A stretch of DNA of 31,907 nt from Pseudomonadota bacterium (lineage in GTDB: Bacteria; UBA10199; 2-02-FULL-44-16; JAAZCA01). The position numbers and the translations under genes were made by a program. The DNA is taken from positions 1 to 31,907 of the forward strand of contig JAZDOG010000007.1 of assembly GCA_043798915.1 (NCBI GenBank), written 5' to 3'. Of the stretch, positions 7,748 through 14,615 are shown piece by piece. Within the stretch, counting starts at the first letter, position 1. Every line of letters starts with the position of its first letter. The notes beneath the pieces were generated by a model that saw nothing but the letters and a program-made list of their open reading frames with translations, was not told the origin of the DNA and made no database searches.

Positions 7748-7827
7748 TTGACTTTCCGGCCTGTTCCGATTAGCGTCCCGCCGTTCGCAAGAATGCGGCG
7801 CTGATGCGCCCGCCGATATGATAGAAT
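7748..7827 (+). promoter_or_regulatory. Candidate sigma70 promoter(s) for the operon starting at 7847
   Basis: TTGACT (7748-7753), 17 bp, TAGCGT (7771-7776); also an extended -10 TGaTAGAAT (7819-7827). Confidence 0.45.
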
Positions 7828-7846
7828 ATACACGGAGGAGAAGTAC

Positions 7847-8476
7847 ATGAAACCTGTCTCAGTTGTTCTGATCGCAGGCTTTTTTGCCGTCCTGACCCTT
7901 TGGTGTCAGCCCGCTAAAGCCACACAGGTTGTCGGGGTGAACATGTCGGATCTGATGCAGGCCAATGTGGCCTTCACCGGCACTTGCACCGGGGCGGATG
8001 CGCGCGTGATGGACGAGCCGGGCGGCAAGAGTAAAATTCCGGTCACCACCTACACCTTCTCCGTGTCTTCTGATAATATCCTCAAGGGCGATGTGCCCGG
8101 CACGTTCAGCTTCACGCAGCTGGGCGTATCGCGCGCAGAGGCGCGCCGCCTTGGAACTTCCTCTGTCATGGGGATGCCCAGCTACGAGGTCGGCAAGGAA
8201 TACACGCTGTTCCTGACGAGCGCATCGGAGCTGGGGCTTCGTTCCACGATCGGCCTGGGACAGGGAAAATTCAATGTCACGACGACTCAGGATGGGAAGA
8301 AGCAGGTCGTCAACGATCGCGGCAACAAGGGCCTCTTCCTCAACCTTCCGCAGACAAAGGCGATGAGCAAGGCTCTCGGCACGGCCAATATCTCCGCTGC
8401 GGTTCCTCCGGCCGGCGGGCCCGTCGACTATGACGCCTTCGTCAAGATGGTCCGCGAGCTGGAGAAGGGGGAGTGA
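7847..8476 (+). CDS. Exported hypothetical protein (possible OB-fold/TIMP-like partner of the downstream protease)
   Basis: RBS GGAGGAG; Sec signal ending AKA; beta-rich pattern ILKG...GMPSYEVGKEYTLFL...IGLGQGKF. Confidence 0.75.
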   Translation: MKPVSVVLIAGFFAVLTLWCQPAKATQVVGVNMSDLMQANVAFTGTCTGADARVMDEPGGKSKIPVTTYTFSVSSDNILKGDVPGTFSFTQLGVSRAEARRLGTSSVMGMPSYEVGKEYTLFLTSASELGLRSTIGLGQGKFNVTTTQDGKKQVVNDRGNKGLFLNLPQTKAMSKALGTANISAAVPPAGGPVDYDAFVKMVRELEKGE

Positions 8477-8479
8477 GTC

Positions 8480-9820
8480 ATGCGCGTTGCCAAACCGATT
8501 GCGATCGCTCTTGTATGTGCAGTCATGATTCTGGCGCGAGGCGCGTTGGCCGGCGGGCCGTATACAGTGGACGACGTAAACAACACGGGCGTTGCGCAGC
8601 GGTGGGTGAACGACACGATGGAGTGGTATGTCGGGGACGGCAAGCTCTCAAGCCTGGTGAGCAATGCGACTGCCACGCAGTGGATAAAGGATCAGCTGGC
8701 CAAGTGGACGGGCGCCACCCTGAGGGGCGCCGGCAACAATTCCGTTTCCACGGCGGTCGTCAAGACGACGTTCAAAGGCAGCGTCGGAGTCGTCATCGAT
8801 GCGAGCAACTACAAAAATTTCTTCAACAATCCCAGCGAACCCAGGACCGTCATAGTCTTCGACTCGACCGGCGACATCTTCGCAGACCTCGCTGGCCCTG
8901 AGAACCGCAATACGATAGTCGGCCTCACCGACCTGGAGATATCGGATCCATCGGGGCTTCAGATCAAAAAGGGCTTCCAGGTGTTCAACGGGCCCATGCT
9001 CGGGAACGGCACCCTCTCTGCCGATCAGGCGACGGCACAATCGCTTTTCCAGGCCATGATCCTCCACGAGCTCGGGCACCTGCTCAACCTGGATCACGCC
9101 CAGGTCAACTACGATATTTCGACGGTCTGCGTCAGGAACGGCAAGTGCGACAACGGCAACCACATCGCGACGATGTACCCCGAGCTTCTCACCCCGTCGC
9201 AGGGGGTGCTGGCCTATGATGACATCATCACGCTGTCGTGGGTCTATCCGAGCAGCGATTTCACCAAGAACTTCTGCACGATCACGGGCGAGATATTCGA
9301 CAAGTCCGGGGCGCCCCTCAAGGGAGTGAACGTCATCGCGACGCGCTACGGCGAGGGCGACACGGCTGCGATGGTCGACACAAGGTCCATGGTGTCGGGC
9401 GTGATGAAGCCAGAATGCATCGGCGATTCGCGGTATTATCTCCATGGCATCGTCCCCGGCCACAAGTATCAGGTGACATACGAGCCGATAGGTTCGGAGT
9501 TCTCCGGGGCATCGGACTTCGAGCCGTTGCCGAATCCCCCCGCAGGTTTCAATGGCGGCATCATACCCTCGCCGTCGGGCGATGTGTCTGTCTCCTGCGA
9601 CAGCGGCGGCGGCACCATAGAGATGGCCTCCGCTACAGTAGATACCCCCAACCCGTGTGCGTCCTCCAAATCCGGTGCCGGAAACAGCAACGCTAGCGCA
9701 CAATCTGGGACTTCGAGCAAGTGCAGCCTTGTCCCGATGGGCGATTTTTCAATATTCCCGGTAGCTTTTCTCGCGCTTGCCGCAGCGGCAATCGGCGTTC
9801 GAAGGAGCAGCAGAAGGTAA
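8480..9820 (+). CDS. Secreted metzincin (matrixin/M10-like) metalloprotease with C-terminal membrane-anchor/sorting tail
   Basis: Signal peptide; HELGHLLNLDH zinc motif (9065-9097); Met-turn ATMYP; ITGEIFDKSGAPLKGVNV beta-sandwich-like domain; Ser/Gly linker, CSL, TM helix, RRSSRR. Confidence 0.85.
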   Translation: MRVAKPIAIALVCAVMILARGALAGGPYTVDDVNNTGVAQRWVNDTMEWYVGDGKLSSLVSNATATQWIKDQLAKWTGATLRGAGNNSVSTAVVKTTFKGSVGVVIDASNYKNFFNNPSEPRTVIVFDSTGDIFADLAGPENRNTIVGLTDLEISDPSGLQIKKGFQVFNGPMLGNGTLSADQATAQSLFQAMILHELGHLLNLDHAQVNYDISTVCVRNGKCDNGNHIATMYPELLTPSQGVLAYDDIITLSWVYPSSDFTKNFCTITGEIFDKSGAPLKGVNVIATRYGEGDTAAMVDTRSMVSGVMKPECIGDSRYYLHGIVPGHKYQVTYEPIGSEFSGASDFEPLPNPPAGFNGGIIPSPSGDVSVSCDSGGGTIEMASATVDTPNPCASSKSGAGNSNASAQSGTSSKCSLVPMGDFSIFPVAFLALAAAAIGVRRSSRR

Positions 9821-10885
9821 ATGCGCAAGATCACCCTTAAACTGAATGTGGGCGGTGTGGCGGTCGGCGGCGGTGCGCCTGTATCCGTCCAGTCGATGAC
9901 GAACACGGCTACCTCGGACGTCGCCGCCACCGTGGCGCAGATCGAGCGCCTTGAGCGCGCCGGCTGCGAGATCGTGCGCGTCGCCGTTCCGGACGACGCC
10001 GCGGCCGCAGCGCTCCATGAGATCAAGCGGCGGATCAAAATCCCGCTCATCGCCGACATCCATTTTCGCCATGATCTGGCGCTCGCAGCCCTTGATGCCG
10101 GAGTCGACTGCCTCCGCATCAATCCAGGAAACATCGGCTCGGTGGAAAAAGTGGCGAAGGTCGTCGAACGGGCGAAGGCGCGCGGCGTTCCGATCCGCAT
10201 CGGTGTTAACGCCGGCTCGCTCGAAGAGGAGATTCGAAAGAAACACGGTCATCCGACGCCGGCGGCGCTCGTCGAATCAGCGCTCGGCCATGTGAGGATA
10301 CTCGAGGAACTCAAATTCCGCGACATCAAGATATCGGTGAAGGCATCCGGAGTGGCCGATACGATCGCCTCATACCGGATGCTCTCGGAGAAGGTCAATT
10401 ACCCGCTTCATCTCGGCGTCACCGAGGCGGGGACGCTGCTCTCAGGCTGCATCAAGTCGGCGCTGGGGATAGGCGCCCTGCTCACGGATGGAATTGGCGA
10501 CACGCTGCGCGTCTCGCTCACAGCCGATCCTGTGGAGGAGGTGAAGGCCGGTTTTGAAATCCTCGCCAACCTGGGGCTCCGCCAGCGCCCGTTCGTCGAG
10601 ATAGTTTCCTGCCCGACGTGCGGCAGGGTGCAGATCGACCTCGAGGGTCTGGTCGCCCGGCTCGAGCGCCGGCTGGAAGGCGTGCGCGGGCCTCTCAAGG
10701 TGGCTGTGATGGGATGCGTCGTCAACGGGCCGGGGGAGGCGCGCGAGGCGGATGTCGGCATCGCCGGCGGGGCTGGCAAGGGAATGATCATCCGGGGAGG
10801 GGAGATAGTTCGCACCTGTCGCGAGTCCCAACTCGAAGGTGAATTGATGAAGGAGATAGAGGATATTTTGAAGACGCGCTGTTGA
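9821..10885 (+). CDS. ispG: (E)-4-hydroxy-3-methylbut-2-enyl-diphosphate synthase
   Basis: VQSMTNT, ADIHF, RINPGNIG, RIGVNAGSL, GIGDTLRVSLT, SCPTCGR, MGCVVNGPGEA. Confidence 0.98.
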   Translation: MRKITLKLNVGGVAVGGGAPVSVQSMTNTATSDVAATVAQIERLERAGCEIVRVAVPDDAAAAALHEIKRRIKIPLIADIHFRHDLALAALDAGVDCLRINPGNIGSVEKVAKVVERAKARGVPIRIGVNAGSLEEEIRKKHGHPTPAALVESALGHVRILEELKFRDIKISVKASGVADTIASYRMLSEKVNYPLHLGVTEAGTLLSGCIKSALGIGALLTDGIGDTLRVSLTADPVEEVKAGFEILANLGLRQRPFVEIVSCPTCGRVQIDLEGLVARLERRLEGVRGPLKVAVMGCVVNGPGEAREADVGIAGGAGKGMIIRGGEIVRTCRESQLEGELMKEIEDILKTRC

Positions 10886-10901
10886 GAACGAAAGGAATCG
10901 C

Positions 10902-12620
10902 ATGCGATACACTCAGATGCTCATCCCAACGCTGCGCGAGGCCCCGGCGGATGCCGAGGTGGCGAGCCATGCGCTGATGCTGCGCGCCGGTTACATCCGC
11001 AAGGTCGCCGCCGGCGTCTACACCTATCTTCCGCTTTGTCTGCGCGTTTTGCGCAAGATCGAATCGATAGTCCGGGGGGAGATGGAGGCCTCCGGCGCAC
11101 AGGAGGTGCTGCTCCCGATCGTCATGCCGGCCGAACTCTGGATCGAGACCGGGAGATGGGCGGTCTATGGCAAGGAACTGTTGAGATTCAAGGATCGCCA
11201 CGACCGCGAATTCTGTATCGGGCCGACGCATGAGGAGGCCATCACCGACTTGATCCGCCACGAGGTTCGCTCGTGGCGCGACCTTCCCAAAAATTGTTTT
11301 CAGATCCAGACGAAGTTCCGCGACGAGATTCGTCCCCGCTTCGGTCTCATGCGCGGCCGCGAGTTCATAATGAAGGACGGCTACTCCTTCGACCGCGATG
11401 AGAAGGAGGCGTTCATCTCATATGAAAAAATGTACGATGCGTACAAACGCATTTTTGGCCGCTGCGGGCTGAAATTCCGCCCCGTCGAAGCGACGACCGG
11501 AACGATAGGCGGGAGCCGTTCGCACGAGTTTCAGGTGCTGGCGTCATCAGGCGAGGACGAGATCGTCGCGTGCACGAAGTGCGAGTATGCCGCGAATGTC
11601 GAGAAGGCGGAATTGAAACCCGAGACTCGGGATTCGGGAATCGGGACTCGGAAAGGCAATTATAAAAAAGTTTCTACTCCAGGAAAAAAATCCGTTGAGG
11701 AGGTTTGTGAATTTCTCAAGGTCAAGCCCGACAAGCTGGTGAAGACGCTGATATTCGACACCGACCAGGGACCGGTCGCCGGGCTTGTGCGCGGCGATCA
11801 TTCTCTCAAAGAGGCGAAACTCAAAGAGGCCATAGGCGTCGAGTGGTGCATGCTGGCTGAGGAGAAGAGCGTGAAGGAGGCGACCAATGCGCCCTCCGGC
11901 TTCGCGGGACCTGTGAGCCTCAAGATTCCCATATATGCTGACTTCTCAGTGGAAGGCATGAGCGACTTCATCGTCGGCGCAAACGAAGGGGACGCGCATC
12001 TGACCGGCGTGGGTCTCGGCGATTTCAGAGTGGAGCGGTTCCTCGATATACGCAGGGCGCATGCCGGCGATCAGTGCCCGCGCTGCAAAGAGGGCAGGTA
12101 CGAAGAACACCGCGGCATCGAGGTGGGGCAGGTGTTCTATCTCGGCACAAAGTATTCGGCGCCGATGAAGGCCGTGTATCTTGACGAGAAGGGCGAGTCG
12201 AAACCCCTCGTCATGGGCTGCTATGGCATCGGCATCGGCCGGACGGCGGCAGCCGCGATCGAGCAGAACCACGACGAGCGCGGGATCATCTGGCCGATTC
12301 AGATAGCGCCGTTCCACGCGGAGATCATTCCGCTCTCCGTGTCGAAGGAGGTCCTGGGTGTGGCGGAGGATATCTACAGCGGCCTCAAGTCGAAGGGAGT
12401 GGAGGTTCTGATCGATGACCGCGACGAGAGGGCGGGAGTGAAGTTCGCGGACGCGGACCTCATAGGCATACCTTGGCGGATCATCGTTGGCGAGAAGGGC
12501 CTGAAGGACGGATTGGTGGAGCTCAAGGAGCGAAAGAGCGGCAATGTCCTGCGCATTCCTTCAGGAGAAGCTGTTGATAAGATGGCTGGCATTGTGGCAG
12601 CAATTCCCTCCCCTTTGTAA
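10902..12620 (+). CDS. proS: Proline--tRNA ligase (bacterial type with INS editing domain)
   Basis: GPTHEE, QIQTKFRDEIRPRFGLMRGREFIMKDGYSF, GIEVGQVFYLGTKYS, MGCYGIG, GVKFADADLIGIP. Confidence 0.98.
   Translation: MRYTQMLIPTLREAPADAEVASHALMLRAGYIRKVAAGVYTYLPLCLRVLRKIESIVRGEMEASGAQEVLLPIVMPAELWIETGRWAVYGKELLRFKDRHDREFCIGPTHEEAITDLIRHEVRSWRDLPKNCFQIQTKFRDEIRPRFGLMRGREFIMKDGYSFDRDEKEAFISYEKMYDAYKRIFGRCGLKFRPVEATTGTIGGSRSHEFQVLASSGEDEIVACTKCEYAANVEKAELKPETRDSGIGTRKGNYKKVSTPGKKSVEEVCEFLKVKPDKLVKTLIFDTDQGPVAGLVRGDHSLKEAKLKEAIGVEWCMLAEEKSVKEATNAPSGFAGPVSLKIPIYADFSVEGMSDFIVGANEGDAHLTGVGLGDFRVERFLDIRRAHAGDQCPRCKEGRYEEHRGIEVGQVFYLGTKYSAPMKAVYLDEKGESKPLVMGCYGIGIGRTAAAAIEQNHDERGIIWPIQIAPFHAEIIPLSVSKEVLGVAEDIYSGLKSKGVEVLIDDRDERAGVKFADADLIGIPWRIIVGEKGLKDGLVELKERKSGNVLRIPSGEAVDKMAGIVAAIPSPL
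11621..11648 (+). repeat. 7-bp tandem repeat inside proS
   Basis: CGAGACT CGGGATT CGGGAAT CGGGACT. Confidence 0.75.
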
Positions 12621-12691
12621 GGGGAGGGCTAGGGTGGGGTAGAGCCAGATGATCTACCTCCCCTGACCCCTCCTTACAAAGGAGGGGAATT
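12602..12691. repeat. REP-like palindromic element (two inverted hairpin units)
   Basis: CCCTCCCCTTTGTAAGGGGAGGG...GGTAGA and its near reverse complement TCTACC...CCCCTCCTTACAAAGGAGGGG; overlaps the proS stop codon. Confidence 0.85.
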
Positions 12692-12712
12692 TATGAAAAA
12701 ATGGGGGTAAAT

Positions 12713-13432
12713 ATGACAGGCAAACCGAAGGTCGACAGGGAGCGCTTGATAGTTGCGCTTCTGGCGGACAGCATGAAGAGTGCCGAGGGAATGGTGAAGC
12801 TCCTCAAGGATGATGTCCACATCTTTGAGGTTGGCGCGCCCACCTATACGGTGCTGGGGCCGGATGTTATAAAAATGATTCACAGCCACGGCTGCCGCGT
12901 CTTTCTGGACCTCAAATATCATGACATCCCGTCGACCGTCTCCAGGGCGGTGGGCGAGGCCACGAAGCTCGGCGTCGCGATGCTCACCGTCCACGCCTCC
13001 GGCGGCCACGACATGCTCGTGCGCTCCGTCGAGGCGGCGGAGTACGCGGCGGGCAGCAAATCGAAGATGCCGAAGCTCATCGCAGTCACGGTGCTCACGA
13101 GCATGGAATCTTTAGGGGACATCGGCGTCCAGTTCGAGGTCCGCGAGCAGGTCGTGAGGCTTGCGAAGCTTGCCAAAGAGTGCGGGCTGCAGGGTGCCCT
13201 GGCATCACCGCTTGAAATTGCCCCGATCAGAAAGGCGTGCGGCGACAAGTTCCTCATCGTCACCCCCGGCGTCCGCCCGATCGGGTCTGCTGCGGAGGAC
13301 CAGAGGCGCATCGCCTCGCCCATCATGGCCATCGCGGCAGGCTCGGACTATCTGGTCATCGGCCGTCCCATCGTGCAAGCGAAGGACCCGCGCGCAGTGG
13401 TGAGGCAGATTTTAAAAGAGATCGCTGAGTAA
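12713..13432 (+). CDS. pyrF: Orotidine-5'-phosphate decarboxylase (atypical strand-1/strand-2 residues)
   Basis: FLDLKYHDIPSTV, TVHASGG, AVTVLTS, VTPGVRP, DQRR, YLVIGRPI; located after proS. Start at 12713 or 12701. Confidence 0.9.
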   Translation: MTGKPKVDRERLIVALLADSMKSAEGMVKLLKDDVHIFEVGAPTYTVLGPDVIKMIHSHGCRVFLDLKYHDIPSTVSRAVGEATKLGVAMLTVHASGGHDMLVRSVEAAEYAAGSKSKMPKLIAVTVLTSMESLGDIGVQFEVREQVVRLAKLAKECGLQGALASPLEIAPIRKACGDKFLIVTPGVRPIGSAAEDQRRIASPIMAIAAGSDYLVIGRPIVQAKDPRAVVRQILKEIAE

Positions 13433-13547
13433 ACAACCTAACAGCTCCCCGTCTGGAGTCTGTGCCCCCCATTTTGGGGCTCTCTGACCTCGGTTTTTCA
13501 CCTCCGATTATCCCGACCGTTTCTTTATCCTTTTAAAAAACCAGTAA

Positions 13548-13601
13548 TTACAGCTATTTATAAGGGTGGCAATGACGGGCCGTTTTGGCACGCCCTATGC
13601 A
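13548..13601 (+). promoter_or_regulatory. Sigma54 (-24/-12) promoter with an upstream IHF-like site
   Basis: TGGCACGCCCTATGCA (13586-13601) has GG-N10-GC spacing. TTACAGCTATTTA (13548-13560) partly matches WATCARNNNNTTR within an AT-rich tract. Confidence 0.7.
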
Positions 13602-13640
13602 TTATTCACGGGTGTATGGGGTTTCATAGAGGAGGGGGCC

Positions 13641-13979
13641 ATGAGCACAAAAGAGAGAGGGGCTACAAAGGATGATTCTATGATCAGCATCCTGCCGATG
13701 GCCAGTTCTCTGGACAGAGAGGGGGCGAAGAAGCAGCTCCTGGAACTCCAGCTCAAGATGGCCACCTGCTCGATCAACCATGAGTACGCGAGGATAGAGT
13801 TCTCGGAGGCGGCTGACATGGAGCGCCGCGACGAACTCCTCGACTATATGCGCGAATGCCACAGCCAGTATTTCGAGGCGCGCACGGAGCTTTCAGCCTA
13901 CGACCCCTATGAGCTCGCTGCCTTTGAAGCGGATCTCATGAGACAGAAGCAGATAATGCTCGGGGGCATGCAGGCATAA
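13641..13979 (+). CDS. Hypothetical acidic alpha-helical protein (112 aa)
   Basis: Strong RBS AGGAGG before ATG 13641; has its own promoter and terminator; no family recognised. Confidence 0.8.
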   Translation: MSTKERGATKDDSMISILPMASSLDREGAKKQLLELQLKMATCSINHEYARIEFSEAADMERRDELLDYMRECHSQYFEARTELSAYDPYELAAFEADLMRQKQIMLGGMQA

Positions 13980-14011
13980 CAAACCAAGATCCCTAACCCT
14001 CCTTTCTCAAG

Positions 14012-14051
14012 CAGGGGAACCGTCGTGAGATGGCTCCCCTGTTCCTTTTTT
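14012..14051 (+). terminator. Rho-independent terminator
   Basis: CAGGGGAACCGTC-GTGA-GATGGCTCCCCTG hairpin followed by TTCCTTTTTT. Confidence 0.7.
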
Positions 14052-14085
14052 ATCTCCGCATAAACCCATTTTCCAGATTTCAGCC

Positions 14086-14113
14086 TTGTCAACGGCCGCG
14101 GGATGTATAGAAT
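14086..14113 (+). promoter_or_regulatory. Sigma70-like promoter
   Basis: TTGTCA (14086-14091), 16 bp, TAGAAT (14108-14113). Confidence 0.55.
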
Positions 14114-14159
14114 CCCCTTTCCTGGTGGTGGTTCCGAAAAAATACCAAAGGAGCGCGGA

Positions 14160-14558
14160 ATGCCGAACAAAAAAAAGATTCTCATCGTCGACGACGAACC
14201 GAGCATCTGCGAGGGAATATCGCTCGTCCTTACTCCGGCGGGTTACGAGGTGAAACAGGCACTCTCGGGCGAGGAGGCGGTCGCCGCCGTTTCAAAGGAG
14301 GATTTCGACATCATTCTCATGGACCTCATCATGCCGGGGATGGACGGGGCCGACGCATGCGAGACGATAAAATCCATCAAGCCTGACGCGAGCATCGTGG
14401 CCATCTCCGGTTCGCCATCCGGGCAGCGGCTGGACAAGTTTCTGAAGGCGGGCGGCATCGAGCTCTATCTATACAAGCCCTTCGGCAAGGAAGAACTCCT
14501 GAGGGGCGTCGAGAGGGCTTTGCGCGGCGAGTACGTGCGCTTCAGAGAGGATACATAG
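14160..14558 (+). CDS. Single-domain response regulator (CheY-like receiver)
   Basis: KILIVDDE, IILMDLIMPGMDG, AISG, YLYKPF; RBS AAGGAG. Confidence 0.93.
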   Translation: MPNKKKILIVDDEPSICEGISLVLTPAGYEVKQALSGEEAVAAVSKEDFDIILMDLIMPGMDGADACETIKSIKPDASIVAISGSPSGQRLDKFLKAGGIELYLYKPFGKEELLRGVERALRGEYVRFREDT

Positions 14559-14615
14559 ATCGAGTATAAGTCAGCGCTCTGTAAACTTATCGATAACTCG
14601 TTCAAGGGAGGAGCC

